Source: a virus
IMG/VR virus record: IMGVR_UViG_3300020205_002210
Location: 32,001-96,000 of that record
Length of the DNA stretch: 64,000 nucleotides
Reading direction: 5' to 3' (one strand)
This document shows positions 40,483 to 50,916 of this stretch, piece by piece (positions within the stretch are counted from its first letter, which is position 1; every line of letters starts with the position of its first letter). The notes beneath the pieces were generated by a model. It did not search any database and was not told the DNA's origin. It saw nothing but the letters and a program-made list of their open reading frames with translations. A program made the translations under genes and the position numbers.

Positions 40483-41965
40483 CCAATTAATAGTCACAAA
40501 AAAGGATGAAGTCTTTGCAAAGATAACATGTGAGAAACATGTTGCAAGGGAATTATCGGAGTACTTTACCTTTTTTGTACCAGGACACCAATTTGTTCCT
40601 GCATTTAGAAACAGAATCTGGGACGGTAAGATTAGATTATTCAATCTGACAACCAGTCAACTGTATCTTGGCCTACTTCCGCATCTCAAAGAATTTTGTG
40701 ATGAACGAGAATACAAATTTGTATATGATGGGCACGAAGATGAATACTCTGTTTATCATGCTAAAAAGTACTTTGAAACTTTAAACCTACATTCTCAAGG
40801 TAAAGCAATTGATGTGCGAGAACACCAACAAACAGCTTTCATTGAATCTATGCAAAAGCGTAGAGCTTTGTTACTCTCACCAACCGCCTCAGGTAAATCA
40901 CTAATCATCTATTTGTTGTTTAGACAACTCTTAGACTATCAAAATTTAAAAGGTTTGATTATTGTTCCAACAACATCTTTGGTAGAACAATTGTACTCAG
41001 ACTTTGCAGACTACTCATCACATAACAATTTTGTGGTTGAAGACACTGTACACCGTGTTTATCAAGGTAAAGATAAAGCCACGGACAAAAAACTAACTAT
41101 CAGTACATGGCAGTCATTGTATAAAATGCCTCCAGAATTCTTTCATCAATACGATTATGTGATTGGTGATGAAGCCCATTTGTTTAAGGCACAATCTTTA
41201 ACATCTATCTTAACATCTTGCATCAATGCAAAATATAGAATTGGTTTAACTGGTACATTAGATGGCACAGCAACACACAAACTTGTTTTGGAAGGATTGT
41301 TTGGGCAAGTTAAGAAAGTTATTTCAACCAAAGAATTAATTGACAATAAACAACTCTCCGACTTCAACATTAAATGTCTGGTGTTAAAACATCCAGTTGA
41401 GTTATGTACACAATTAAAAGACTGTACTTACCAAGAAGAGATTCAGTTTTTAATTAGTAACACTGATAGAAATAGATTCATTCGTAATCTTGTTATTTCA
41501 TTGAACACAAACACTTTGGTTCTCTATCAGATGGTAGAGAAACACGGCCAAATATTGTTTGACATTATCAAAGAAAAATCAACAGATAGAAAAGTATTCT
41601 TTGTGCATGGTGGTGTTGATACTGATGAACGCGAATCTATTCGTAAGATAATGGAAACAGAAAGCAATGCTATTGTGGTTGCAAGCTTTGGTACCTTCAG
41701 TACTGGTATTAACATTAGAAACTTACACAACATCGTCTTTGCAAGTCCTAGTAAATCTAGAGTTAGAAACTTACAAAGTATTGGCCGAGGTTTGCGACAG
41801 AGTGAAGGCAAAGAAATGGCTACACTCTTTGATATTGCAGACGATCTTAGAATAAAAAAACACACAAACTTCACACTACAACATTTCGTGGAAAGAATTA
41901 AGATATATAATGAAGAGAAGTTTACTTTTAAAATCTACAATATAGGACTCAAAAATGGCAGCTAA
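40469..41965 (+). CDS. uvsW: SF2 helicase (probable TTG start 40469)
   Basis: SPTASGKS, IGDEAH and LQSIGRGLR motifs. Confidence 0.95.
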   Translation: MADNDQLIVTKKDEVFAKITCEKHVARELSEYFTFFVPGHQFVPAFRNRIWDGKIRLFNLTTSQLYLGLLPHLKEFCDEREYKFVYDGHEDEYSVYHAKKYFETLNLHSQGKAIDVREHQQTAFIESMQKRRALLLSPTASGKSLIIYLLFRQLLDYQNLKGLIIVPTTSLVEQLYSDFADYSSHNNFVVEDTVHRVYQGKDKATDKKLTISTWQSLYKMPPEFFHQYDYVIGDEAHLFKAQSLTSILTSCINAKYRIGLTGTLDGTATHKLVLEGLFGQVKKVISTKELIDNKQLSDFNIKCLVLKHPVELCTQLKDCTYQEEIQFLISNTDRNRFIRNLVISLNTNTLVLYQMVEKHGQILFDIIKEKSTDRKVFFVHGGVDTDERESIRKIMETESNAIVVASFGTFSTGINIRNLHNIVFASPSKSRVRNLQSIGRGLRQSEGKEMATLFDIADDLRIKKHTNFTLQHFVERIKIYNEEKFTFKIYNIGLKNGS

Positions 41966-42305
41966 AATAGTAAGATTTAATGATGGATTAGATGTGATCT
42001 GTGAATTCACAACAGTTTCCAAAAACCTTTCGGTACTTGAAAACCCTATGGTATTTGAGATCCGTGGAGTAAACTTGCAATTGCAACCGTGGTTACCGGT
42101 TGCCGTCATACAACAAGATTTTGTCGAGGTAAGTAACGACAGCGTGCTTTGCACGATGGATCCAACTGAGGATTTTGAAGAGTACTATAAGAGTACAGTT
42201 CTAAAATTACAGGAAGAAATGAAGAAGGGAGAAGAAGTACTTCTTACGGAGGAAGTCTTAACAGCTTTTGAAGAGAAAGCTTTTAATAAATCCTTAATGC
42301 ATTAA
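41955..42305 (+). CDS. Conserved T4-like hypothetical protein between uvsW and gp55
   Basis: 116 aa; LENPM...LQPWLP pattern. Confidence 0.7.
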   Translation: MAAKIVRFNDGLDVICEFTTVSKNLSVLENPMVFEIRGVNLQLQPWLPVAVIQQDFVEVSNDSVLCTMDPTEDFEEYYKSTVLKLQEEMKKGEEVLLTEEVLTAFEEKAFNKSLMH

Positions 42306-42388
42306 TATTTAATAAACATCATAGGGGGACACCGAGGACTATAACACTAGTCAAGCCCCTTGTCAACAACTTTTTATGGTACACTTGA

Positions 42389-42934
42389 ATGACTAAACAA
42401 AAACATTACATTAATAACCTAGATTTCCTAAAAGCTCTAGAAGATTATAAGGCCGCCTGCGTTGAGGCCGCCAAACAAAACCAACCTAAACCGATTATAC
42501 CAAATTATATCGGTGAATGTTTTATGAAAATTGCCGAAGGATTGTCTCACAAACCAAACTTCATCAATTACACTTACCGAGATGAAATGGTATCCGATGG
42601 TATTGAAAACTGTTTGATGTATTTCGAAAACTTTGATCCGGCAAAATCAAAGAATCCATTCGCATACTTTACACAAGTCATCTATTTCGCATTCTTACGA
42701 AGAATCCAAAAAGAAAAGAAACAACTGTATGTCAAGTATAAAGCAACAGAGTTGTATGGCATATTGGATGAGTTTGAGATGTTGGAGTCTGAAGATGGTT
42801 CAACCAAACAGTTCGATCTATATGACAACATTGCCGAATTTATTGAAACCTATGAGATAACAAAGAAGGCAAAGAAAGCCGAAAAAGATGCGGCAAAGAA
42901 ACCAAAAGGGCTTGAAAAATTTATTGAGGAGTGA
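42389..42934 (+). CDS. gp55: Late transcription sigma factor
   Basis: HYINN..F, F.NYTYRDEMVSDGIENC and NPFAYFTQ motifs. Confidence 0.95.
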   Translation: MTKQKHYINNLDFLKALEDYKAACVEAAKQNQPKPIIPNYIGECFMKIAEGLSHKPNFINYTYRDEMVSDGIENCLMYFENFDPAKSKNPFAYFTQVIYFAFLRRIQKEKKQLYVKYKATELYGILDEFEMLESEDGSTKQFDLYDNIAEFIETYEITKKAKKAEKDAAKKPKGLEKFIEE

Positions 42935-42938
42935 TATA

Positions 42939-43376
42939 ATGAGAAAAATTGGATTTAATTGTAGTACACTCGATTTGTTCCATGCTGGTCATGTTACGAT
43001 GTTGAAAATTGAAAAACAACACTGTGACCATCTAATCGTGGCACTACAATCCGACCCAACAATTGATAGGCCAGAGACCAAAAATAAACCAGTACAATCT
43101 TTGTACGAAAGGTTTGTTCAGATTTCAGCTTGTCGTTATGTTGACGAGGTTTTGGTATATGAAACCGAAGAAGATTTGGAAAACATTTTTAAAACGCAAA
43201 CTATACACATCAGATTTTTAGGTGATGAGTACAAGTCTAAACCATTTACCGGCAAACAATATTGCCTAGACAATGGCATTGAGTTGTTCTTCCATGATAG
43301 ACAACATCCGTATAGTAGTTCTCGATTGAGACAACGTGTATATGAAGCTGAGAAAAAGAGATTAGATATTAAATGA
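42939..43376 (+). CDS. HXGH cytidylyltransferase (glycerol-3-phosphate cytidylyltransferase-like)
   Basis: DLFHAGH, YVDEVLVY and YSSSRLR motifs; probable ATG 42939. Confidence 0.85.
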   Translation: MRKIGFNCSTLDLFHAGHVTMLKIEKQHCDHLIVALQSDPTIDRPETKNKPVQSLYERFVQISACRYVDEVLVYETEEDLENIFKTQTIHIRFLGDEYKSKPFTGKQYCLDNGIELFFHDRQHPYSSSRLRQRVYEAEKKRLDIK

Positions 43377-44452
43377 AAATTGCAATTATTACCGATCAAC
43401 ATTTTGGTGCAAGAAATGATTCGATTCATTTTTTGGATTTCTATGAAAAGTTTTATAAAGAAACATTCTTTCCAACCTTGTTGAAAGAAGGTATTAAAAC
43501 TGTATTGATTCTGGGTGACACCTTTGATCGCAGAAAATATGTAAATTTCTTTTCATTGAAACGTGCCAAACAAATGTTCTTTGATCCTTTGTATGAGATG
43601 GGTATTGAAGTTTATATGTTGGCAGGAAACCACGATACATATTTTAAGAATACCAATGATGTTAATTCAGCCGACTTGTTGCTCGGAGAATATGACAATA
43701 TCAATGTGATTGATTCACCACAAACAATTCATTTAGACTATGCAAACACAACATCAGATGTTTGTATGATGCCATGGATATGCACTGAGAACTATGAGAA
43801 CTCTATGCAAGAGTTGAAGAACACCTCAGCAACCATTTGTATGGGTCATTTTGAGATTGCCGGATTTGCAATGCACCGTGGCATGCCTTCTGAAGGTGGA
43901 CTTGATCGTAAAATTTTTGATAAATTTGAACTTACATTCAGCGGACACTATCACCATAAATCTTCTTCTGGTGATATACATTACTTGGGTAACCCGTATG
44001 AACTTACTTGGCAAGATCACAATGATGACAGAGGTTTTCATCTGTTTGATTTGGATACAAAAACACTTGAGTTTATTAAAAATCCAAATAATATGTTCCA
44101 TAAAATTGTTTATGATGATGTGTCAGAATCCATTTCAGACATTGACAAGAAAGACTTGGCAATATACAACAACTCATATGTCAAAGTGGTAGTGGTTAAT
44201 AAAACAAACCCATATCTGTTTGACAAATTTATGAATAACTTGTATAATGTCAATCCAATAGATATTACTATTGTTGAAGACTTTTCGGAATTACTTGATG
44301 ATGTGGAAGATACAGTCGATCAAGCCGAAGACACAATAACAATATTGAACAAATATGTTGATGGTATTACCGAACAGAGTATCGATAACAACGAATTGAA
44401 AAAATTATTGAAAGAACTCTACGTAGAGGCACTGAACACAGAACAAGCATGA
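43373..44452 (+). CDS. gp47: Mre11-like recombination nuclease
   Basis: TDQHFG, LGDTFD, GNHD and FSGHYH motifs. Confidence 0.95.
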   Translation: MKIAIITDQHFGARNDSIHFLDFYEKFYKETFFPTLLKEGIKTVLILGDTFDRRKYVNFFSLKRAKQMFFDPLYEMGIEVYMLAGNHDTYFKNTNDVNSADLLLGEYDNINVIDSPQTIHLDYANTTSDVCMMPWICTENYENSMQELKNTSATICMGHFEIAGFAMHRGMPSEGGLDRKIFDKFELTFSGHYHHKSSSGDIHYLGNPYELTWQDHNDDRGFHLFDLDTKTLEFIKNPNNMFHKIVYDDVSESISDIDKKDLAIYNNSYVKVVVVNKTNPYLFDKFMNNLYNVNPIDITIVEDFSELLDDVEDTVDQAEDTITILNKYVDGITEQSIDNNELKKLLKELYVEALNTEQA

Positions 44453-46170
44453 TATTATTTCAGAAAATAAAATGGAAAAACTTTCTTTCCACGGGAGCTG
44501 CGTTTACCGAAATTGATTTTACCAAGTCTACCAACACATTGATTGTTGGGCACAATGGTGCAGGAAAGTCCACCATTTTGGATGCATTGTGTTTTGGTCT
44601 ATTTGGTAAACCCTTTCGTAAAATAAACAAACCACAACTATTGAATTCTGTAAATGCCAGAGATGCAATTGTACAAATTGAATTCAATATCGGTCAGAAG
44701 AAGTACAAGGTCATACGTGGTATCAAACCTAACTTGTTTGAGATTTATGTCAATGATGTTCTATTAAATCAAGACGCAGCATCACGGGACTACCAAGAGG
44801 TTTTAGAGAATCAAATACTTAAACTCAACTACAAGTCATTCACACAGGTTGTGATACTTGGTTCAGCCTCATTTGTTCCTTTCATGCAACTGTCGGCATC
44901 TGATCGTAGAGCAATCATTGAAGACTTATTGGACATTCAAATATTCTCCTCTATGAATGTTGTTCTAAAAGATAAAATGTCCGTTATAAAAGATGGTTTG
45001 ACAAAAATCAAGTACGACATAAAGTTGACAGAAGAGAAAATTAATATACAAAAAGAGACAATTGAAGATAATCGAAAACACAACAGTGACGAGATTCAGA
45101 AACGGCAAACGGAGATCGGCAAATCTAAAGAACAGGTAGATAACTTAAACAAACAAATCAAGTTAATATTGAAACATGTTGCAGTACTGACTTCAAAAGT
45201 CGGTGATAATAAGACTAAGTTGGAAAAGAAATCTAAAGGTTTGTTTCAGATACAAGGTAAGATTGAAACCAATATTAAAAAGAACCAAAAAGACATTGAG
45301 TTCTATGAGAACAACCACGATTGTCCCACATGTAAACAGGCCATCACAACTGAATGGAAACAATCTCAATTAACCGAGAAACTTAATAAAATAGAGACAC
45401 AGAAAAAAGGTTTTGTGGAAATCGAATCTGAACTGAAAAGTGTTAATGATGAGATGAAAGTTATTTCTGGTATACTCACACACATAAGTGAACACAACAC
45501 CGAGGTTGCGAAACACAATTCAACCGTTTCTGCAATCAATGGTTATGTCGCCAAGTTGATTACCGAAATTGAAGAGTTGTCCGTTAAGGTTGATGTGTCT
45601 GAAGATGGCAATGAAAAATTAACGAACCTGAAAACAGAGTTGGCCAAACACACAGAAGAATATGAGAGTTTGATTCAATCAAAACACTACAATGAATTTG
45701 CAGCAACTTTGTTGAAAGATGGTGGCATCAAAACCAAAATCATCAAACAATATTTGCCAGTGATGAACAAGTTAATTAACAAGTATCTCTCTGCAATGGA
45801 CTTTTTTGTTAACTTCAACATCAATGAAAATTTTGAAGAAACAATTAAGAGTAGACATAGAGATGAATTTTCTTATGCCAATTTCTCAGAGGGTGAGAAG
45901 ATGCGTATTGACTTGGCTCTACTGTTTACATGGCGACAAATTGCCAAGATGAAAAACTCAACGAATACAAATTTGTTAATACTTGATGAAGTATTTGATT
46001 CCAGCCTCGATATGGTCGGCACTGAAGAATTCCTAAAGTTGATACAAGAAATGGGTACAGACACAAATGTGTTTGTTATCTCACACAAGGGTGACCAACT
46101 GTTTGACAAGTTCAGGTCAGTTATCCGTTTTCAAAAGAAAAACAATTTTTCAAGGATCGTAAAACAATGA
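44449..46170 (+). CDS. gp46: Rad50-like recombination ATPase
   Basis: GHNGAGKS, CPTC hook, FSEGEK and LDEVFD motifs. Confidence 0.96.
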   Translation: MILFQKIKWKNFLSTGAAFTEIDFTKSTNTLIVGHNGAGKSTILDALCFGLFGKPFRKINKPQLLNSVNARDAIVQIEFNIGQKKYKVIRGIKPNLFEIYVNDVLLNQDAASRDYQEVLENQILKLNYKSFTQVVILGSASFVPFMQLSASDRRAIIEDLLDIQIFSSMNVVLKDKMSVIKDGLTKIKYDIKLTEEKINIQKETIEDNRKHNSDEIQKRQTEIGKSKEQVDNLNKQIKLILKHVAVLTSKVGDNKTKLEKKSKGLFQIQGKIETNIKKNQKDIEFYENNHDCPTCKQAITTEWKQSQLTEKLNKIETQKKGFVEIESELKSVNDEMKVISGILTHISEHNTEVAKHNSTVSAINGYVAKLITEIEELSVKVDVSEDGNEKLTNLKTELAKHTEEYESLIQSKHYNEFAATLLKDGGIKTKIIKQYLPVMNKLINKYLSAMDFFVNFNINENFEETIKSRHRDEFSYANFSEGEKMRIDLALLFTWRQIAKMKNSTNTNLLILDEVFDSSLDMVGTEEFLKLIQEMGTDTNVFVISHKGDQLFDKFRSVIRFQKKNNFSRIVKQ

Positions 46171-46778
46171 ACACTACCGATGATATAATTTTATATGATA
46201 CCGCTGCGGTATCAAAAGTTGAACCTTCTGAACCATCAATAAAAACTTATGAGTTGGTGCCAGTACAATCATCTTCATTGTATAAGGTTATGCCAGAATT
46301 TGATTTCGCATCACCGCCAATTAATCCAATTGAATTGGCATCCTCTCTAGTAGAAACTTGCCGTAAATATAATGGACTCGGTTTGTCTTCCAATCAATGT
46401 GGGCTTTTGCACCGTGTATTTGTGATGGGTACTGGTGATGAATATGTGGCATATTTTAATCCTAAATTAATTTCCACAGAAGATGAAGTACACATGGAAG
46501 AAGGTTGTCTGTCGGTACCATATCTAATGTTAAACATCACTCGACCAAAAAAGATAACGGTAGAATACCAAGACTACAATGGCACAAATCGCAAGGCAAC
46601 TTTTGAAGGTATGACTGCAAGATGTTTCTTACATGAGCTTGACCACATGAACGGAATAATGTATACTGATAAAGTGAAACCTCTTGCATTACAGTTTGGC
46701 ATTAAAAAGATGCAAAAGATGTACCAAAAGATTTCTAAACAAATGCGAATGATTAAACAGATGAAAACTAAAAAATAA
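46167..46778 (+). CDS. def: Peptide deformylase
   Basis: GLGLSSNQCG, EGCLS and HELDH motifs. Confidence 0.92.
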   Translation: MNTTDDIILYDTAAVSKVEPSEPSIKTYELVPVQSSSLYKVMPEFDFASPPINPIELASSLVETCRKYNGLGLSSNQCGLLHRVFVMGTGDEYVAYFNPKLISTEDEVHMEEGCLSVPYLMLNITRPKKITVEYQDYNGTNRKATFEGMTARCFLHELDHMNGIMYTDKVKPLALQFGIKKMQKMYQKISKQMRMIKQMKTKK

Positions 46779-48043
46779 TGGCCACACCTATAGATTATGT
46801 TGATGCTCAGTGGGACAAATGGCAAACACTTAATGATCCTACACGATTCGATCATATAGACACCGAGCAACTGAAAGAAACTTTGGTGAAAGACCTCACA
46901 TATGCATCCAAGATGGATGTGCGTGAGTATACCTTGTATCAGAAGTGGTTAGAAGTACATGAGAAATATCCCACCAGGACAATCACCACTTTGTTTGGTG
47001 ATGATGTTCAATTGGTAGATGTTACACAAAAGAACCTTGTTGATAAGGTTAAAAAGAATTTCTGGATGCCAGAAGGTCCAGATGATTATGAAAAGTTAAA
47101 ACCTAAATTGGTTCTCTCAAACGGACCTTTGGCCGAGACTTGGAATACAGTAAGAACATTTTCATCCACAATGAAGAATAATTCAAATATTGGTCGTAAT
47201 CTATTCTACACCGTGGTCGATGAGAATAGTGATAAGTATCTTGGAGTTATCTGTATATCATCCGACTTCTTGGATTTAACTCCAAGAGATACTGCAATTG
47301 GATGGCCAAGAGATGTTAAGACACAACAAGGTATGATTAATCATACTGCAATTGGATCCACAATCGTTCCATTACAACCATTAGGTTTTAATTACATGGG
47401 CGGTAAATTGTTGGCACTACTATGTCTTGCTGATACTGTTCAGAAAGATTGGAAAAGACAATACGATGATGTTCTCGTTGGAGTTACTACCACATCTCTT
47501 TATGGTAACACCAAAGCAAACGGTCTTTCTCAGTATGATGGACTTGAACATTGGAACAAGATGGGATTTTCTAGTGGTTCGGTTGCATTCGAACCTTCCA
47601 GAAAAACCAGAGCATTGATTTATGATTGGGTTAAAGAGAACTATCCACGAAAATATTTCGAATGGTGGGAAGCCAAGAATCCAAAAGGTCTGCCGCTTAA
47701 ACGCGACCACAAAAACCGTACATTAAATTTTGCATATGGTAAGTTAAGTATTCCAAAAGAACTTATCCGCACCGAACATCAGAGGGGCATATACTTCTCT
47801 CCTCTGTATAACAACACCAATGAGTATCTAAGGAAAGAAATTGGTGATGTTGATCTGGTAAAATCATTTGATACCAGTGAAGAAACTTTGGCAAACATTT
47901 GGAAACAAAAATATGCCAAAGGTCGTATATCAATGTTGAAGAAAAAGAACACTGTCTCCTATGAGAACTTGTTTTATGATGACTTGATTTACCTTTCTTG
48001 GGAAGAAACCAAGAACAAATATCTACCACAAGTTGGCAGATAA
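46778..48043 (+). CDS. DUF4338/DruA-like protein (GNAT-related fold, possible nucleic-acid modification)
   Basis: GRNLFY.V, GFNYMGGKLLALL, TTTSLYG...SQY motifs recalled from DUF4338. Confidence 0.55.
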   Translation: MATPIDYVDAQWDKWQTLNDPTRFDHIDTEQLKETLVKDLTYASKMDVREYTLYQKWLEVHEKYPTRTITTLFGDDVQLVDVTQKNLVDKVKKNFWMPEGPDDYEKLKPKLVLSNGPLAETWNTVRTFSSTMKNNSNIGRNLFYTVVDENSDKYLGVICISSDFLDLTPRDTAIGWPRDVKTQQGMINHTAIGSTIVPLQPLGFNYMGGKLLALLCLADTVQKDWKRQYDDVLVGVTTTSLYGNTKANGLSQYDGLEHWNKMGFSSGSVAFEPSRKTRALIYDWVKENYPRKYFEWWEAKNPKGLPLKRDHKNRTLNFAYGKLSIPKELIRTEHQRGIYFSPLYNNTNEYLRKEIGDVDLVKSFDTSEETLANIWKQKYAKGRISMLKKKNTVSYENLFYDDLIYLSWEETKNKYLPQVGR

Positions 48044-48064
48044 AAACATATACCACAAAATGTG

Positions 48065-48093
48065 TTGACAAATGCACTACATAATGTTATGAT
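48065..48093 (+). promoter_or_regulatory. Sigma70 promoter for the HTH gene
   Basis: TTGACA-17-TATGAT with extended TGn. Confidence 0.75.
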
Positions 48094-48146
48094 GTGACTA
48101 CTTGCTGATTGCAAGGTTTTTTTAAATTTATTATTAGGAGTTCAAT

Positions 48147-48419
48147 ATGAACAACAAACTATCCGCTAAGGCGAAAATTCTCAACTTTCTGACCAAAACT
48201 ACTGGTTATAACACACTGTCCGTTGCACAAGCTCGTGCTCGTTTTGGTATCCAAAATGTTGCGGCTCGTATTGACGAACTTCGTAAAGAAGGAAATGTCA
48301 TTTACACAAACACCAAGACTCGCGCTGATGGCAGCAAAGTCTCTGTGTATCGCGTAGGTACACCAACCAAAGCTATGGTTCGTGCAGCTATCAAATCTGG
48401 TTACAGCTTCACAGCTTAA
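48147..48419 (+). CDS. Small winged-HTH-like DNA-binding protein
   Basis: ARARFGIQNVAARIDELRKEG helix-turn-helix pattern; has its own promoter and terminator. Confidence 0.65.
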   Translation: MNNKLSAKAKILNFLTKTTGYNTLSVAQARARFGIQNVAARIDELRKEGNVIYTNTKTRADGSKVSVYRVGTPTKAMVRAAIKSGYSFTA

Positions 48420-48433
48420 TTTTAGGTTATGCG

Positions 48434-48466
48434 GGGAGACCACATTAGTGGTTCTCCCTTTTTTTT
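48434..48466 (+). terminator. Intrinsic terminator after the HTH gene
   Basis: GGGAGACCAC-ATTA-GTGGTTCTCCC and T tract. Confidence 0.85.
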
Positions 48467-48481
48467 ATTTTTGGAGAGATA

Positions 48482-49300
48482 ATGGAAATTTCAATTAAAA
48501 AAGAAGAGCTTCAAAAGAAAAGTATTTTTGTTGCAACACCAATGTATGGTGGTATGAATCATGGGCTTTATGCAAAAGCTTGTTTAGATTTACAAGCGCT
48601 GTGTATGCAGTATGGTGTGAAAGTGAAATTCTCATTTCTTTTCAATGAATCCTTAATTACTCGCGCTCGTAATTATTTGGTCGATGAGTTTTTGAATCGT
48701 TCCGATTGTACACACCTGTTGTTCATCGATTCGGATATTCACTTCAACCCGCAAGACATTATTGCACTTCTAGCCTTAGACAAAGATGTTGTAGGCGGAC
48801 CTTATCCTAAAAAGGCCATCAAATGGAAATCTGTGAAGAAAGCCATTGAAAAGAATCCTGACATTGATATAGAGTCATTGGAAAAAGTTACTGGTGACTA
48901 TGTGTTTAATCCAGTAAAAGGCACCGACAAGTTTAGTGTTTCTGATCCACTAGAAGTTTTGGAAATTGGAACCGGTTTGATGATGGTTAATCGTACTGTG
49001 TTTGCAAAATTTGCAGACGCTTATCCGCAACTGCGTTACAAACCAGACCATGTTGGCCAAGCACACTTTGATGGTTCGCGTTACATTCATGCATACTTTG
49101 ATACTATTATTGATAGTGTAGACAGTGCAACTGGTGGTGGTTCAGACCGGTATCTTTCAGAAGATTACATGTTCTGCCAACTCTGGCGTAAACTTGGTGG
49201 TTCAATTTGGTTGTGTCCTTGGATGCGAGCTGACCATATTGGCACATATCACTTCAAAGGCGATATGCCGGCTGTTGCGAATTTTGTCGGAGAAATGTAA
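48482..49300 (+). CDS. GT-A fold glycosyltransferase-like protein
   Basis: SLITRARN, LLFIDSDI (DXD) and LSEDY.FC motifs. Confidence 0.7.
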   Translation: MEISIKKEELQKKSIFVATPMYGGMNHGLYAKACLDLQALCMQYGVKVKFSFLFNESLITRARNYLVDEFLNRSDCTHLLFIDSDIHFNPQDIIALLALDKDVVGGPYPKKAIKWKSVKKAIEKNPDIDIESLEKVTGDYVFNPVKGTDKFSVSDPLEVLEIGTGLMMVNRTVFAKFADAYPQLRYKPDHVGQAHFDGSRYIHAYFDTIIDSVDSATGGGSDRYLSEDYMFCQLWRKLGGSIWLCPWMRADHIGTYHFKGDMPAVANFVGEM

Positions 49301-49959
49301 TGATTGTTGGATTACTTGGATTTATAGGTTCAGGTAAAGGCACTGCTGGTGACATTCTTAAAGACCTTGGTTTCACTCCTGTGAGTTTTGCCAAAGGTGT
49401 TAAGGATGTCGCTGCTGAAATGTTTGGATGGCCAAGACACCTACTTGAGGGTGACACTGAGGCGTCCCGTATCTGGCGTGAACAACCGGATGTTTTTTGG
49501 TCCAAAGAGTTTGGTAAAGACTTTTCTCCAAGACTAGCATTGCAGTTGATGGGCACAGAAGTTGGTCGTGATATTTTTCACCAAAACTTTTGGGTCATAA
49601 AAATGAAAAAATATTTTCTTAGTAATCCAAATCAAAACTTTGTGATTACCGATGTTAGGTTCCAGAATGAAATTGATTTTGTACATAGCCATCGGGGCAT
49701 ACTAATTGAAATTCAAAGAGGTATTAAACCACATTGGTATAGCATTGCAGCTTCTGCAAACCGAGGAGACTATAAAGCAATTCGACACATGGAAGAAGCA
49801 GGAATACATCCTTCTGAGTGGAGTTGGATTGGCGGACAAATTGACCATGTGATTACAAATGATGGTTCGTTGGACGAATTGAAAAATAACATAATGAAAT
49901 GCTTGACACGATCTTACGGATCAAGTACAATAAGTGAAATGACAGAAGGAGTATCGTAA
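49300..49959 (+). CDS. gp1: Deoxynucleoside monophosphate kinase
   Basis: GFIGSGKGT, PRLALQLMGTEVGR and ITDVRFQNE motifs. Confidence 0.9.
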   Translation: MIVGLLGFIGSGKGTAGDILKDLGFTPVSFAKGVKDVAAEMFGWPRHLLEGDTEASRIWREQPDVFWSKEFGKDFSPRLALQLMGTEVGRDIFHQNFWVIKMKKYFLSNPNQNFVITDVRFQNEIDFVHSHRGILIEIQRGIKPHWYSIAASANRGDYKAIRHMEEAGIHPSEWSWIGGQIDHVITNDGSLDELKNNIMKCLTRSYGSSTISEMTEGVS

Positions 49960-50636
49960 TGAAACTATCGAATGAGACCTTGACGGTCCTTAAAAACTTT
50001 GCCAATATCAATCCCGGTATTGAATTTAAATCAGGCAATAAACTGACAACCATTTCGGCAACGAAAACTGTTTTGGCCAAAGCGGGAATCAAAGATGACT
50101 TCCCACAAGATTTTTGTATCTATGACTTGAATCAGTTCCTATCCGTACAGTCTCTGTATAAAGATGGTGAAATTGAGTTTGATAATGAACATGTTATCTT
50201 TAAGTTGGGTCGAAAGAAACTTAATTATCGTAAGACAGCAAAAAGTATGATTGTAACACCACCTGATAAAGAGTTGAATCTTCCGTCAGTTGATGTTGAA
50301 TTCACACTCAAAGAAGAAGAGTTGTCTTCTGTACTGAAGACTGCCAGTATTCTACAATCACCACACATCTCAATTCTTTCAGATGGTGAAAAGATTTATA
50401 TCAATACCTGTGACGCAAAAGATAACTCTGCTCACATTGATTCTACACAAATTGCTGATGGCAATGGTAAGAAATTCAAGGCTTTGTTTTTGACTGAAAA
50501 CTTTAAAATGATTTCAGGTACATATCAAGTGCAAATTTCATCTAAGGGACTATCTTACTTTAAGAACACTAAAGAAGACATGCAATATTGGATTGCTATC
50601 GAAGCTAAAGAATCTGACCTATCTTTTGGAGAATAA
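49959..50636 (+). CDS. gp45: Sliding clamp
   Basis: MKLSNETL.VLKNFA.IN and IYDLNQFL motifs. Confidence 0.93.
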   Translation: MKLSNETLTVLKNFANINPGIEFKSGNKLTTISATKTVLAKAGIKDDFPQDFCIYDLNQFLSVQSLYKDGEIEFDNEHVIFKLGRKKLNYRKTAKSMIVTPPDKELNLPSVDVEFTLKEEELSSVLKTASILQSPHISILSDGEKIYINTCDAKDNSAHIDSTQIADGNGKKFKALFLTENFKMISGTYQVQISSKGLSYFKNTKEDMQYWIAIEAKESDLSFGE

Positions 50637-50637
50637 T

Positions 50638-50916
50638 ATGACAACAGTGAGTACACTATTTGGTTCTTTTGATAATGACACTTTGAAGAAACTCAAGGGT
50701 TATGTTGATGAGGCCGTTTTACACATGCGCCGGAATCAAGCCAATAATGAAGCAATCAAAGATATCATTGATGCTGCTAATGATGAGTTGAAGGTTCCAA
50801 AGAAGATTCTGAAACGCATGGCTAAGGTGCAATTCAAACAGAACTTCCAAACAGAAGTTGCTGAATACAAAGAGTTCGAAACTTTGTTTGAGAGTATGAA
50901 CGGCATCAAGCCCTGA
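50638..50916 (+). CDS. dsDNA-binding protein, T4 DsbA/GapR-like
   Basis: 92-aa helical protein; IKDII...EL.VPKK.L..MAK...KQNF pattern. Confidence 0.55.
   Translation: MTTVSTLFGSFDNDTLKKLKGYVDEAVLHMRRNQANNEAIKDIIDAANDELKVPKKILKRMAKVQFKQNFQTEVAEYKEFETLFESMNGIKP

Noticed and set aside
42321-42332. 12-bp ATAGGGGGACAC also present at 24519-24530
   Set aside because: Only two copies and one is explained as the gp13 SD; no further support for an operator
42912-42940. TTGAAA-17-TATAAT promoter at the end of gp55
   Set aside because: The -10 box overlaps the next ATG, so it cannot serve that gene; it may be coincidental in AT-rich DNA
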